Source: Thermoproteota archaeon
GTDB lineage: Archaea > Thermoproteota > Thermoprotei > Gearchaeales > Gearchaeaceae
Direction: 5' to 3'
NCBI GenBank assembly: GCA_032249235.1
Contig: JAVVGF010000005.1
Location: 1-64,000 of the forward strand
DNA length: 64,000 nt
Part shown: positions 19,897 to 30,354 of the stretch, piece by piece
Layout: each line of letters begins with the position of its first letter
Numbering within the stretch: position 1 is the stretch's first letter
The notes under the pieces: generated by a model
The model's input: the letters and a program-made list of their open reading frames with translations, nothing else
Databases searched by the model: none
What the model was told of the DNA's origin: nothing
Position numbers and translations under genes: made by a program

Positions 19897-20247
19897 ATGA
19901 GTCTTAGCGTAGATGAAATGAAGCGAATACTTAAGGAAATGGATTTGAAAGAAGATGAGATCGAAGCTTACTTTTTCATATTGAAGGAAAAAGAATTCGA
20001 TGCTAATTCGCTAATTAAAAACTTAAACATAGATGAGAAAAGGGCTAAAGAAATCATCGAACTTTTCATTAAAAAAGGATTGATAATATCATCAACTAAA
20101 AATGAAAGATTTAAATGCTTGCATCCTAGAATGGGCTTGACAAATATATACAAGATGTGGGAAGAGGCTCAAATGATAGAGATGAGAAGGAAAAGGGCTA
20201 AGATTGAACTATTGGTTAGGAATTTAACTCCTATATATGAGCAATAA
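19897..20247 (+). CDS. TrmB-type wHTH transcriptional regulator (DNA-binding domain only)
   Basis: LKEMDLKEDEIEAYFFIL...KKGLI...FKCLHP; 116 aa. Confidence 0.75.
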   Translation: MSLSVDEMKRILKEMDLKEDEIEAYFFILKEKEFDANSLIKNLNIDEKRAKEIIELFIKKGLIISSTKNERFKCLHPRMGLTNIYKMWEEAQMIEMRRKRAKIELLVRNLTPIYEQ

Positions 20248-20644
20248 AAATTGTAAGCATATTATAAAGTATTATGGTGCAATAAACATATTTGCAGGCC
20301 CTAACATTGAAGGAGTAATAGATGTTTATCATTGTAGAAAATGCAAAGCTCTTTTTGCAGATCTTAGAAGAATAGGAATATTCCTAACTTTAAGTTCTAA
20401 AATTGGTTTCGATGAATTAGAGAACGATAACGAATGGCTTTTATTAGTTTGCTTGAAAGGAGATGAGCACAAATTCAATTTGGTTCAAGGAAAAATAGGC
20501 TCAAAGATCATGCATGAATGTTTTGAAGGTAATTCAGAAATAAACTTAGAAAAAGAAGAAGAAGTATTTAAGACAGGAGATATTTGGCATAGAGTCTTTA
20601 GGGTTAGTAAATATATTAATAAAGAAATTGAAATCTTACATTAA
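20237..20644 (+). CDS. Hypothetical Cys/His-containing protein
   Basis: CKH...HCRKC...VC...HEC; overlaps the upstream regulator by 11 nt. Confidence 0.7.
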   Translation: MSNKNCKHIIKYYGAINIFAGPNIEGVIDVYHCRKCKALFADLRRIGIFLTLSSKIGFDELENDNEWLLLVCLKGDEHKFNLVQGKIGSKIMHECFEGNSEINLEKEEEVFKTGDIWHRVFRVSKYINKEIEILH

Positions 20645-20713
20645 AAGAAAATCTTTGTCAACTATGCATAAGCAAAACTATATTAATATAAAATGTAATA
20701 ATTTTATATTTCT

Positions 20714-21460
20714 ATGATGTTGTCAGATAAGGCTAAGAAGGCATTACTAGATTTAGGCTTATCATCTTATGAAGTTAAAGCATATTCAACTTTAGTATCA
20801 TATGGAAGCTTGAGTGCTATTGAGCTTAGTAAGATTTCCAGAATTCCTTATAATAAAATCTATGAAGTATTGTCAAGTTTAGAAAATAAAGGGTTCATAA
20901 AAGTTGAAGATAAAAGGCCAGCAAGATATCATGCAGTAGATCCTAAGATAGCTTTTGAGAAATTGAGAAAAGAACTTGAAGAGAAAATAAAAAACAATAT
21001 AGATATTGCTCTTTCTGAACTTTCTTATTTCTTTGAGAAAAAAGGATTGAGAGAAAAATCTGATGTTTGGCTAATAAAAGGTAAAGATGAAATAATTGCT
21101 AAGCTAAAAGACATGATAGCTAGATGCAAACTTGAAATATTCGCTTCTATACCCAAAATTTCAGAAAGCTTCATATCAATTTCTGCAATAGTAGGAGCAT
21201 TGAGCTTAAAGAATGTTAAAGCTTACATCATAGTTAGCAACGATCTATCAAAGGAATATGTAGAAAGTCTGAAAAGCTTAGCAAATGTAAGAATAGCAGG
21301 AAAAATGTTTGGAGGAGGATTGATAGCAGATTCGAAAGAAGTATTGCTTTTATTGCCAGAAGAAGGAGAACCAGCAGCGCTTTGGTCTGATCATATTGGC
21401 TTAGCTGGCTTTGCAAAGAATTATTTCATGTATTTATGGGAAACTTCAGCCCAAGCATGA
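20714..21460 (+). CDS. TrmB-family transcriptional regulator
   Basis: LGLSSYEVKAY, SRIPYNKIYEVLSSLENKG, RPARYHAVDP plus a PLD-like effector domain. Confidence 0.92.
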   Translation: MMLSDKAKKALLDLGLSSYEVKAYSTLVSYGSLSAIELSKISRIPYNKIYEVLSSLENKGFIKVEDKRPARYHAVDPKIAFEKLRKELEEKIKNNIDIALSELSYFFEKKGLREKSDVWLIKGKDEIIAKLKDMIARCKLEIFASIPKISESFISISAIVGALSLKNVKAYIIVSNDLSKEYVESLKSLANVRIAGKMFGGGLIADSKEVLLLLPEEGEPAALWSDHIGLAGFAKNYFMYLWETSAQA

Positions 21461-21535
21461 TGGGCTGGCCCGGATTTGAACCGGGGTCCTCCTGCGTGTG
21501 AGGCAGGCATCTTAACCAGGCTCGACCACCAGCCC
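21461..21535 (-). tRNA. tRNA-Val(CAC)
   Basis: GGGCTGG/CCAGCCC; CCTGC-CT-CAC-AC-GCAGG. Confidence 0.96.
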
Positions 21536-21567
21536 TAAAATAAAATTTTAGAACAAAATAATGAAAT

Positions 21568-21732
21568 TTACCTCTTAGCTATTTCTCTTCTCTTCAATCT
21601 TAGATTTTTTCTTCTGCATTTTCTGCATTTAACTGCTTTTATTGAATTTCTTGCTCCGCATTCTCTACATATTTTAACGAATAGCAAGTATCTTTGAGCC
21701 AATTGAATCTTTTCAGGATCAGCTAATGGCAT
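21568..21732 (-). CDS. rpl40e: 50S ribosomal protein L40e (54 aa)
   Basis: Not in the ORF track: MPLADPEKIQLAQRYLLFVKICRECGARNSIKAVKCRKCRRKNLRLKRREIAKR. Confidence 0.95.
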   Translation of the reverse strand: MPLADPEKIQLAQRYLLFVKICRECGARNSIKAVKCRKCRRKNLRLKRREIAKR

Positions 21733-21800
21733 AATAGAATAATGTAAAAAAATAGCATTTAAATATTTAATGAATCTACATCAATAATTAGTTGTATATC

Positions 21801-22307
21801 ATGAAAGCAAGGATTTGTAAGGTTTGTGCATTAAGCGGTGTATTTTGCGAACAATGTGAATATAAAGTGAAAAATTCAATAGTTAATCCTATCGAAGTTA
21901 GTATAGCTAAATACTTATATGAATCTGAAGGGAAATTTAAAGAACTTCAAAATGTGAATCTAGAGCTTGTTGAAGAGATATCTGAGAATCATTTAATAGT
22001 TGTTTTATCTTCAAATGAATATCTAAATCCTGCTTTCCTCAATGCAATATCGAAGCTTCTTTCCAATAAAACAATGAAGAATGTTAAAGTTGTTGAGAAA
22101 AGTGATGATTATAAGCGCTTCATAAATCAGCTTTTCTATCCTGCAAAAGTAATGAGTATAAATGAGGTTTGGTCTCCTGATGGTTCTCATGAATATGCTA
22201 TAAGATTGAATGCAAGCGAAATGAAAAAATTAGGAAATATTGCTTTAAACATCGAAAGAATTTTGAGTAATTTATTATCCTCGAATGTAAGAATAATTCT
22301 AGAATGA
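21801..22307 (+). CDS. NusA-like KH-domain protein with N-terminal zinc finger (NusA2-type)
   Basis: ICKVCALSGVFCEQC; KVVEK...QLFYPAKV...WSPDGS. Confidence 0.8.
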   Translation: MKARICKVCALSGVFCEQCEYKVKNSIVNPIEVSIAKYLYESEGKFKELQNVNLELVEEISENHLIVVLSSNEYLNPAFLNAISKLLSNKTMKNVKVVEKSDDYKRFINQLFYPAKVMSINEVWSPDGSHEYAIRLNASEMKKLGNIALNIERILSNLLSSNVRIILE

Positions 22308-22308
22308 A

Positions 22309-23595
22309 ATGAAAAAACATTACATAAAAGACATAGCTAGATTAGAGAATGAAGAATGTGAATTATATGGCTGGGTGCATGAAATAAGAGAGACAAAGCC
22401 AATAACATTCATAATTCTAAGAGATTCGACAGGAAAGACTCAGATTACAATAAAAAAAGAAAACTATGATCAAAATTTCATTGAAAAACTCAAGAGAATA
22501 CATCACGAAGACGTCATAAAAGTAAAAGGAAAAGTGATCAAATCTCAAATTGCAAAGCTTGGCTATGAAGTTATTCCGAGTGAAATAGAAATTCTTGCAA
22601 AAGCAAAGCATCCTTTGCCTATTGATGTGAGCGGAAAAGTCGAAGCGGAGCTTCCTAAAATTTTGGATGCGAGATATTTGTCTTTGAGAAGAGATGAGTA
22701 TTTTTATGTTTTTAAAATACAAACAATTCTTGTAAAAAACATTCGAGAATATTTATACAAGCATGATTTTGTCGAAATATTCACTCCTAAGATCATAAAA
22801 TTTGCTACAGAAGGAGGAGCAGAACTTTTCAAGGTAGATTATTTCGGTCAAGAAGCATATTTAGCCCAAAGTCCGCAAATATATAAGGAAATTTGTGCAG
22901 GCGTATTCGAGAAGGTTTTCGAAATTGCTCAATATTATAGAGCTGAAAAATCAAGAACTAACTATCATTTAGCTGAATTCATTTCTTTCGATGTAGAATG
23001 TGCTTTCTATAGCTATAATGACATAATGAATTTGTTAGAAGATCTTTTGAAGTATTCTCTTTCTAAGACATATGAAGAAGCATATGATTATTTCGAGAAG
23101 CTCAAATGCAAGCCTTTAGATTTGAACTATGATTTCCAAAGAATTACATATGATGAAGCAATAGAATTGTTGAAAAGTCATGGATATAAGTGGGGAGACG
23201 ACATAACTCAATCTGCTTTGAATATATTAAGCGAAAAAATAGGCAGAAGATTTTATTTCATAATTGACTGGCCAACTCATTTAAAGCCATTCTATACCAA
23301 AGAAGATGAGAAAAATCCTAAAATAACGAAGTCTTTTGATTTGAATTTGGCTAATTTGGAAATCGCTTCAGGTGGCGAGAGGATAAATGAAAGTGAAAAG
23401 CTAATTGAAAAGCTTAAAAGGAATAACTTGAATGTTGAAAACTTCGATATTTTCATAAAAGCTTTAGATGTTTCTTCACCACCTCATGCTGGCTTTGGTT
23501 TAGGAATTTCTAGATTGTTAATGATGATCACAGAAAAGAAAAACATAAGAGAAGCAGTGCTATTTCCTAGAGACGTTGATAGATTGATTCCTTAA
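22309..23595 (+). CDS. aspS: Aspartate--tRNA ligase (archaeal type)
   Basis: ATEGGAELF, LAQSPQIYK, YRAE, EIASGGERI, PPHAGFGLG, LFPRD. Confidence 0.93.
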   Translation: MKKHYIKDIARLENEECELYGWVHEIRETKPITFIILRDSTGKTQITIKKENYDQNFIEKLKRIHHEDVIKVKGKVIKSQIAKLGYEVIPSEIEILAKAKHPLPIDVSGKVEAELPKILDARYLSLRRDEYFYVFKIQTILVKNIREYLYKHDFVEIFTPKIIKFATEGGAELFKVDYFGQEAYLAQSPQIYKEICAGVFEKVFEIAQYYRAEKSRTNYHLAEFISFDVECAFYSYNDIMNLLEDLLKYSLSKTYEEAYDYFEKLKCKPLDLNYDFQRITYDEAIELLKSHGYKWGDDITQSALNILSEKIGRRFYFIIDWPTHLKPFYTKEDEKNPKITKSFDLNLANLEIASGGERINESEKLIEKLKRNNLNVENFDIFIKALDVSSPPHAGFGLGISRLLMMITEKKNIREAVLFPRDVDRLIP

Positions 23596-23939
23596 AGCAA
23601 TTTTAGCTTTGAAGTTATTTCATCAATCTTATCATCTTCATCAGGACCTATTCCCAAGCAAGTAATCGTTCCAGGCTCTAGTTGAGTTAATCCTTTATCT
23701 TCGATTATCACAGCTATCAATCCTTTCTCTTTTGCTTTTTTGTAAATATTCATCAATTCTTCAAGGCTATTTACTTTCAAAACTATCTTCTTTTGCCCTT
23801 CTTCTAACCATTTCTCAACTTTCTTGCTATTGTTTTTCAATGATTCTAAAAAAGCACTCAAAGAAGCATGCGCTACTTGTGCTGCAAGCTTACCTTTTCC
23901 CATCTTTAAATCGCTTCTTACAACGATTACTTGCTTCAT
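23592..23939 (-). CDS. pth2: Peptidyl-tRNA hydrolase Pth2
   Basis: DLKMGKGKLAAQVAHA, GQKKIVLK, DKGLTQ, GIGP. Confidence 0.96.
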   Translation of the reverse strand: MKQVIVVRSDLKMGKGKLAAQVAHASLSAFLESLKNNSKKVEKWLEEGQKKIVLKVNSLEELMNIYKKAKEKGLIAVIIEDKGLTQLEPGTITCLGIGPDEDDKIDEITSKLKLL

Positions 23940-23974
23940 TCTTATTATTTATCAAAGATACATCTAATAATAAT

Positions 23975-25114
23975 ATGCATGATTTCATCGTTGTTGGTGC
24001 TGGTCCAACAGGATTATATGCTTCAATCGAGCTCGCTAAAAGGAATAATCATGTTTTAGTACTTGAAGAAGATAAAAGGATAGGAATTCCTAGACATTGC
24101 ACTGGTGTTATAAGTTATGAAGCAGCTAAGCTTATTGGAAATTCTGCTTTTAATAGCGCTGTTAACAAAGTTAATTCTGCTATTTTTAAATATGGAAAAA
24201 AGAGCTTTGAAATTAGCTTTCCTTCAGAAACAACATTAATTCTGGATAGAATAAAATTCGAAGAATTGTTATTTGAAGAATCTGAAAAGCTAGGCAATGA
24301 AATAATGCTAGGTAAAAGGGTGAAAAGAATTAGATTATTGAAAGATAAAGTCATCGTAGACGCAGATAAAGAATATGAAGCAAAAGCTTTAATATATGCT
24401 GCAGGCTCAAAGCCTAGTCTTTTAGATTTCTTAAAAGCTCCAGCTTCTATACCTGCAATACAATATGAAATAGAAGGAGAAGTTGAAAATGATAAGTCTG
24501 TAGAAATAATCTTTTCAAATGAAGCTAAAGATTTTTTTGTTTGGAAAGCACCTACTTCGAGTAATTCTTTTCTTTTAGGCCTTGCAAATTCTGAAATATC
24601 TCCTAAAAAAGCTTTAGATAAATACATTGAAAAGAATGCGATAAAAGGTAAAATAAGAGCAATTTACAGCGGTAAAATCATAATTTCTGGGGCTTTAGAA
24701 AGGAACGTTTTCCAAAACATAGCTATAATAGGAGATTCAGCAGGTCATGTAAAACCTACAACAGGTGGTGGTTTGTTCTTCGGTATTTTAGGAGCTAAAA
24801 TAATAGGTTCTTTATTTCCTTATTATATTGAAAGCAAGAATAATAATATTCTTAAAAAAATCATTCATCTAAATAGAAAGTTCATAAATGAAAGGATAAA
24901 TAGGATGAAAAGATTTTCAAAAATTTTCTTCAGTCTTTCAGAGAAGCAAAAAGAAATAATTTTAGATTCGCTTTTCAAGAGTGGTGCAATAAAAGAAATC
25001 AGCATAGACATGCAAGATTTCCATGAGAATGTAATTTCTTTATTCTTAAAAGACCTTGGTCTTTCTTACAAAGGCATTCTGAGTCTTATAGAAACATATC
25101 TAGAACATGCATAG
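23975..25114 (+). CDS. Geranylgeranyl reductase-family FAD oxidoreductase
   Basis: True start MHDFIVVGAGPTG at 23975; PRHCTG; GDSAGHVKPTTGGG. Confidence 0.85.
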   Translation: MHDFIVVGAGPTGLYASIELAKRNNHVLVLEEDKRIGIPRHCTGVISYEAAKLIGNSAFNSAVNKVNSAIFKYGKKSFEISFPSETTLILDRIKFEELLFEESEKLGNEIMLGKRVKRIRLLKDKVIVDADKEYEAKALIYAAGSKPSLLDFLKAPASIPAIQYEIEGEVENDKSVEIIFSNEAKDFFVWKAPTSSNSFLLGLANSEISPKKALDKYIEKNAIKGKIRAIYSGKIIISGALERNVFQNIAIIGDSAGHVKPTTGGGLFFGILGAKIIGSLFPYYIESKNNNILKKIIHLNRKFINERINRMKRFSKIFFSLSEKQKEIILDSLFKSGAIKEISIDMQDFHENVISLFLKDLGLSYKGILSLIETYLEHA

Positions 25115-25146
25115 ATTTATTAGCATGTTACAGAATAAGAGTATTC

Positions 25147-25326
25147 ATGAGTCTTGGAATACAATTAACTAAATGCACTTCATGTAAAAGAATTATTCCA
25201 CCTTATGAAAGAGCAGTTAAATTCCCTTGTCCTAATTGTGGAGGTAGCATAATCGTTAGATGCGAGAAATGCAGGAAGCTCGTTATTCAATATACTTGTG
25301 TTAAATGCGGTTTTAAGGGGCCTTAA
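25147..25326 (+). CDS. Zinc-ribbon protein (DUF1610/HVO_2753-like, 59 aa)
   Basis: Not in the ORF track; four CxxC pairs ending CGFKGP; conserved position upstream of aEF-1beta. Confidence 0.9.
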   Translation: MSLGIQLTKCTSCKRIIPPYERAVKFPCPNCGGSIIVRCEKCRKLVIQYTCVKCGFKGP

Positions 25327-25327
25327 A

Positions 25328-25597
25328 ATGGGAAAAGTAATTGTTGTTGCGAAGGTTTTACCTAGTGATCTAAGCATTAATTTAGAAAATCTATATCAAG
25401 AAGTGAAATCTAACTTGCCTGAAAACATCGAACTTAAAGGTTATAAAATTGAACCTGTAGCTTTTGGATTAAATGCCTTGAAGTTGTTTTTCGCAATACC
25501 AGATAATTTAGAAGGAGGTACTTCAAAAATAGAAGAATTTTTGATGAAGATAAAAGGTATTGAACAAGTTGAGATAGAGTTTATATCTTTATTGTGA
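25328..25597 (+). CDS. ef1b: Translation elongation factor aEF-1beta
   Basis: MGKVIV, KVLPSD, EPVAFGLNAL, EGGT. Confidence 0.93.
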   Translation: MGKVIVVAKVLPSDLSINLENLYQEVKSNLPENIELKGYKIEPVAFGLNALKLFFAIPDNLEGGTSKIEEFLMKIKGIEQVEIEFISLL

Positions 25598-25616
25598 AAA
25601 TATCTTTAAATCGGAA

Positions 25617-27800
25617 ATGAAAACTTCTTCACAAGAAAAGAAAGAATTGATTCTGAGAGTAGCTGAAGCTAAGCAAAGAGATGTAGGTAAAGGTCGTGTA
25701 AGGATAGATAGTTCTCTTCTTGAAAAGTTGAATTTAGGTGAGCTACCTGTTGTTGAAATAGAAGGTAAATCTAAGACTGTTGCTCTTGCTTTACCTGCTT
25801 TGCCTGAAGATGAAGGATTGCAAATAATTAGGATGGATGGATTGTTGAGGAAGAATGCTAACGTTTCTTTAGGAGAAAAAGTAATTGTAAGGAAAGCAGA
25901 TTATAGCATTGCTGAGCTCGTTAAGCTAGCTCCACAAGACAATACGATTGTAATCGATCAATCTTCTCTAATTTATATAAAGAATAAACTAATGAATAGA
26001 CCGCTCATAGAAGGAGATTTAATACAAGTTCCCGGCTTAGAATATAATTTAATTTTCAAAGTAATTGCGACAAAGCCAAGCGGTGTCGTAATAATCGATA
26101 ATACCACAAATCTTGTTTTATTAGAGAAGCCTTTTTCTGAACTTGCAAGATATAAGGTATCCTATGAAGACATAGGTGGCTTGAAAAGAGTGATTGAGAA
26201 AGTTAGAGAACTCATAGAACTTCCTTTAAGATATCCTGAATTGTTCAAGAGATTGGGCATAGATCCTCCTAAAGGTATTTTGCTCTATGGTCCTCCAGGC
26301 TCAGGTAAAACACTTTTAGCGAAAGCTGTAGCAAATGAGAGTGCTGCATATTTCATATCAGTAAACGGCCCAGAAATCATGAATAAATACTATGGTGAAT
26401 CAGAAGCTAGATTGCGCGAAATATTTGAAGAAGCAAGGCAACATGCCCCTTCAATAATTTTCATCGATGAAATAGATGCTATTGCTCCAAGAAGAGAAGA
26501 AGTACATGGTGAAGTAGAGAAAAGAGTTGTTGCTCAGTTGCTTGCTCTAATGGATGGTTTAGAATCTAGAGATAACGTAATTGTAATCGGTGCAACGAAT
26601 GTTCCTAATATGCTAGATCCTGCATTGCGAAGACCTGGAAGATTTGATAGAGAAATTGAATTCCCTGTTCCTGATAAGAATGGAAGGTTAGAAATTTTGC
26701 AAATACACACGAGAAACATGCCATTAGCTCAAGATGTGAACTTAGAATATCTAGCAGAAGTAACACATGGTTTCGTAGGTGCTGATCTCGCTGCATTGGT
26801 AAGAGAAGCTGCTATGAAAGCAATAAGAAGATATTTACCTGACTTGAACTTAACTAAGAAATTGCCTCCTGAATTGATCGAAAAAGTAGAAGTTAAGATG
26901 GAAGATTTCTTAGCAGCATTGAAGGAAATAACACCTAGTGCTTTAAGAGAAGTATATTTCGAGAAGCCAAACGTTAAGCTGAGCGATATAGGAGGATTAG
27001 AAGATGTAAAAAGAGAATTATACGATGCCTTGATATTACCTGTGAAAGATAATAGAGTGTATAAAGATTTCGGTATTGAGCCAGTAAGAGGTATTTTGCT
27101 CGTTGGTCCTCCTGGAGTAGGAAAAACAATGCTAGCTAAGGCAATTGCTAATGAAAGCGGCATAAACTTCATTGCTGTAAACGGTCCTTCTATATATAGC
27201 AAATGGGTTGGTGAATCAGAAAGAGCAATAAGAGAAATATTCAGGAAAGCAAAGACAGCTTCTCCTGCAATAATATTCTTCGATGAAATAGAAGCAATCG
27301 CATCAGTTAAAGGAGCTTATAGTAGCGAAGTTTACAATCTTGTATTGAGTCAGTTTTTAACAGAGCTTGATGGATTTGATTCAAAAGACATGGTATTTGT
27401 CTTAGGAGCTACGAACAGACCTGATTTATTAGATCCTGCAGTTTTGAGAACAGGAAGATTTGATAAAATAATTTTAATTCTTCCTCCAAACGAGGCTGAA
27501 AGATTAGAAATTTTCAAAATATATACAAAAAGAATGAAGATTTCCGAAGATGTAGATTTACAACAGCTAGCTAAGATAACGAACTGGTATACAGGCGCTG
27601 ATATAAAAAGCATATGTAGAGAAGCTGCATTGTTCGCAATTAGAGAAAAAGATGATAAAGTTAGGATGAAGCACTTCTTAGAAGCTGTGAAGAAAGTAAG
27701 ACCTTCGACAAATGAAGCAATGGTGAATTATTATCTCGATTGGTATAATAGATCTCGCCAATTATTCCAAAGCAAACCTTCTGCATTGACATTCTTATGA
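25617..27800 (+). CDS. cdc48: Cdc48/VAT AAA+ ATPase
   Basis: N domain plus two AAA modules ([16 protein letters not shown]; [11 protein letters not shown]). Confidence 0.96.
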   Translation: MKTSSQEKKELILRVAEAKQRDVGKGRVRIDSSLLEKLNLGELPVVEIEGKSKTVALALPALPEDEGLQIIRMDGLLRKNANVSLGEKVIVRKADYSIAELVKLAPQDNTIVIDQSSLIYIKNKLMNRPLIEGDLIQVPGLEYNLIFKVIATKPSGVVIIDNTTNLVLLEKPFSELARYKVSYEDIGGLKRVIEKVRELIELPLRYPELFKRLGIDPPKGILLYGPPGSGKTLLAKAVANESAAYFISVNGPEIMNKYYGESEARLREIFEEARQHAPSIIFIDEIDAIAPRREEVHGEVEKRVVAQLLALMDGLESRDNVIVIGATNVPNMLDPALRRPGRFDREIEFPVPDKNGRLEILQIHTRNMPLAQDVNLEYLAEVTHGFVGADLAALVREAAMKAIRRYLPDLNLTKKLPPELIEKVEVKMEDFLAALKEITPSALREVYFEKPNVKLSDIGGLEDVKRELYDALILPVKDNRVYKDFGIEPVRGILLVGPPGVGKTMLAKAIANESGINFIAVNGPSIYSKWVGESERAIREIFRKAKTASPAIIFFDEIEAIASVKGAYSSEVYNLVLSQFLTELDGFDSKDMVFVLGATNRPDLLDPAVLRTGRFDKIILILPPNEAERLEIFKIYTKRMKISEDVDLQQLAKITNWYTGADIKSICREAALFAIREKDDKVRMKHFLEAVKKVRPSTNEAMVNYYLDWYNRSRQLFQSKPSALTFL

Positions 27801-28048
27801 GTTTTAAACTTCCGCTTGAAAACGCAATATATGAAATTTTGAGGAAGAAAAATAATTTAAGCGAAGATGAACTCATTGAAGAGCTTCATAATTATTTTAA
27901 AATATCAAAGAAAAATGAAGAAGCTATATCAAAAAAAGAAGTTTACAAAGCATTGATGCGTCTTGAGCTAATAGATAAAATATTAGTTATAAATCAAAGA
28001 GATAACAAAATTATCATGTTGAAAGATTATGGGAGTAGATCTAGCTGA
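27797..28048 (+). CDS. Small winged-helix hypothetical protein
   Basis: LENAIYEIL...[11 protein letters not shown]; translationally coupled between cdc48 and fen. Confidence 0.7.
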   Translation: MSFKLPLENAIYEILRKKNNLSEDELIEELHNYFKISKKNEEAISKKEVYKALMRLELIDKILVINQRDNKIIMLKDYGSRSS

Positions 28049-29060
28049 TATAATACCTAAGAGAAACATAAAACTTGAAGACTTATCTAGTAAAGTAATT
28101 GCAATCGATGCTTATAATGCTTTATATCAATATTTATCAGCCATAAGGCAAGCTGACGGTACTCCTTTAATGAATAGATATGGTCAAATAACTAGTCATT
28201 TATCTGGATTATTTTATAGAACTATAAATCTTGTAGAATTAGGAATAAAGCCTGTTTATGTTTTCGATGGTAAGCCTCCTAGTTTGAAGCAAAAGGAAAT
28301 AGAGCGAAGGAAGCAATTGAAGGAGGAAGCCGAAGAAAAATATAAAGAAGCTTATGAAAAAGGAGAACTTAAAGAAGCAAAATCTTATGCAATGCGAGCA
28401 GTCAAGCTAACTGATGAAATGGTAGAAGATAGCAAAAAGCTATTGAGCTTAATGGGAATTCCTTTTGTTCAAAGTCCATCAGAAGGAGAAGCGCAAGCAG
28501 CTTATTTAGCTAAGAATAACGATGCATGGGCTGCTGCAAGTCAAGATTATGATTCTTTGCTCTATGGTGCTCCTAGATTGGTTAGAAATTTGACGATTTC
28601 AGGAAAGAGGAAATTGCCTAAATCTGATGCATATGTTGAGATATCTCCAGAATTAATAATTCTACAAGAAGTTTTGAGTAATTTGAAAATAAATCAGGAA
28701 CAATTAATAGAAATCGGAATTTTAATAGGTACTGATTACAATCCTGAAGGATTTGAAGGTATAGGACCTAAAAAAGCTTTGCACTTAATAACTACTTATG
28801 GAAATCTAAAGAAAGCATTAGCTAGCCAGAATTTGCAGTATAAAGAAGAATATGAAAAAATAAAGAAATTGTTCTTAGAACCTGAAGTCAATAAAAACTA
28901 TAAGCTTGAATGGAATTATCCAGACGAAAAAGGAATCATAGATTTCTTATGTGGCGAAAAAGATTTTTCAGAAGAAAGAGTGAAGAATGCAATTCAAAGG
29001 CTTAAGTCTGCAAGCATTTATAGAAGAGGTCAGACTGGCTTAGAAGCTTGGTTCGGTTAA
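28029..29060 (+). CDS. fen: Flap endonuclease 1
   Basis: [25 protein letters not shown]-terminal PIP box QTGLEAWF. Confidence 0.97.
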   Translation: MGVDLADIIPKRNIKLEDLSSKVIAIDAYNALYQYLSAIRQADGTPLMNRYGQITSHLSGLFYRTINLVELGIKPVYVFDGKPPSLKQKEIERRKQLKEEAEEKYKEAYEKGELKEAKSYAMRAVKLTDEMVEDSKKLLSLMGIPFVQSPSEGEAQAAYLAKNNDAWAAASQDYDSLLYGAPRLVRNLTISGKRKLPKSDAYVEISPELIILQEVLSNLKINQEQLIEIGILIGTDYNPEGFEGIGPKKALHLITTYGNLKKALASQNLQYKEEYEKIKKLFLEPEVNKNYKLEWNYPDEKGIIDFLCGEKDFSEERVKNAIQRLKSASIYRRGQTGLEAWFG

Positions 29061-29695
29061 GATTTCTTATAAACTAAGCCTATTCCTCTTAAAGGAACGA
29101 AGGCTACTTCAGATATTTTATTTTTTTCAATTTTTTCTTTTGTCTTCTTTATCAAAATTAGGTCTTGTGAAAATTGGTATGCTCCAACAGGTATTATTAG
29201 CCTTCCATTTTCATCGAGCATTTCTACATATTCTTTAGGTATATCTCTAGAACATGCAGTAACTATTATCACATCGAATTTAGTCCTAAAAGGTAAAGAG
29301 AAAGTAGCATCTGCATTTATTACATGGATCATCGAATCGAGATTTAATTTCCTAAGATTCTTTTTAGCAAATTTCGCTAATTCAGGAACTATTTCTATAG
29401 TTAATACTTCTTCTCCTGTGATTTCATGATATATTGAAGCCATATATCCTGAGCCTGCACCTATTTCTAGAACTTTTTCTCCTTTTTTCAATTCTGTTTC
29501 TTCGCAAAGCATGCAAACCATATGTATCGCTGAAGTTGTTTGATCGTAACCAATAGGCAAAGGAGTATCTAGATGCGCATATTGTTTTACTTCTTCTGGT
29601 AAAAATTCAGCTCTAGGTATTTTCTTCAAGGCTTCTTCTACTTCCTTTCTTCTTAAAATACCTAAAATTTTCAATTCTTCTAATACTCTCTCCAT
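29057..29695 (-). CDS. pcm: Protein-L-isoaspartate O-methyltransferase
   Basis: [36 protein letters not shown]. Confidence 0.93.
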   Translation of the reverse strand: MERVLEELKILGILRRKEVEEALKKIPRAEFLPEEVKQYAHLDTPLPIGYDQTTSAIHMVCMLCEETELKKGEKVLEIGAGSGYMASIYHEITGEEVLTIEIVPELAKFAKKNLRKLNLDSMIHVINADATFSLPFRTKFDVIIVTACSRDIPKEYVEMLDENGRLIIPVGAYQFSQDLILIKKTKEKIEKNKISEVAFVPLRGIGLVYKKS

Positions 29696-29732
29696 CGTTA
29701 ATTTATTTTAGGACTAGACTAAAATCTTAGAA

Positions 29733-30179
29733 ATGAAAAAAGAAAAAAAGGTTATGGTATCTGGTACTTTTGAGATCCTCCATCCTGGGCATATTCATCT
29801 TTTCAAAGAAGCTAGCAAATTAGGAAAAGTCTATGTTGTTGTTGCAAGAGATGAGAATGTTAGAAGATTTAAGAAAAGGGAACCGATAGTAAATGAGAAG
29901 CAAAGGCTAGAAGTTGTTAAAAGTGTAAAATATGTTCATAGAGCATTGCTTGGAAATCCTGGAGAAAATATTTTCGAAATAATTAAGAAGATCAAGCCTG
30001 ATATAATATTATTAGGTCCTGATCAAAACGTAGATGAGAACAAATTGAAAGAGTTCTTAAAAGAAAACTCAATAAACGCTGAAGTGAGACGTTTGCCTAA
30101 GAGAATAGATAAGGACTTATATGATACTTCAAAAATAATAAAAAGGATTTATGAATTAAATATTAAAATTGAGGAATAG
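29733..30179 (+). CDS. ribL: Archaeal FAD synthase (cytidylyltransferase family)
   Basis: GTFEILHPGH, VVVARD, KPDIILLGPDQ, TSKII. Confidence 0.8.
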   Translation: MKKEKKVMVSGTFEILHPGHIHLFKEASKLGKVYVVVARDENVRRFKKREPIVNEKQRLEVVKSVKYVHRALLGNPGENIFEIIKKIKPDIILLGPDQNVDENKLKEFLKENSINAEVRRLPKRIDKDLYDTSKIIKRIYELNIKIEE

Positions 30180-30252
30180 GGCCCTTAGCTTAGCCAGGTT
30201 GAGCACCCGGCTCTTAACCGGGGGGTCGTGGGTTCAAATCCCACAGGGCCCG
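30179..30252 (+). tRNA. tRNA-Lys(CTT)
   Basis: GGGCCCT/AGGGCCC; CCCGG-CT-CTT-AA-CCGGG; its first G is the last base of the ribL TAG. Confidence 0.95.
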
Positions 30253-30354
30253 TAAAATCTTGAATTGTTGAAGATATCCATGCAGAACTAGTTGATAATT
30301 TATATGCTACTTTTAGAAATTTGAAGTAAATTTATTCGATAAAATTCAACTAAG

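Noticed and set aside
23732-23974. 81-codon N-terminal extension of the reductase ORF
   Set aside because: It overlaps pth2 antisense; the Rossmann motif begins at ATG 23975.
25180-25327. Minus-strand 65-aa ORF and the 5' extension of aEF-1beta
   Set aside because: The region is explained by the DUF1610 zinc-finger gene 25147..25326.
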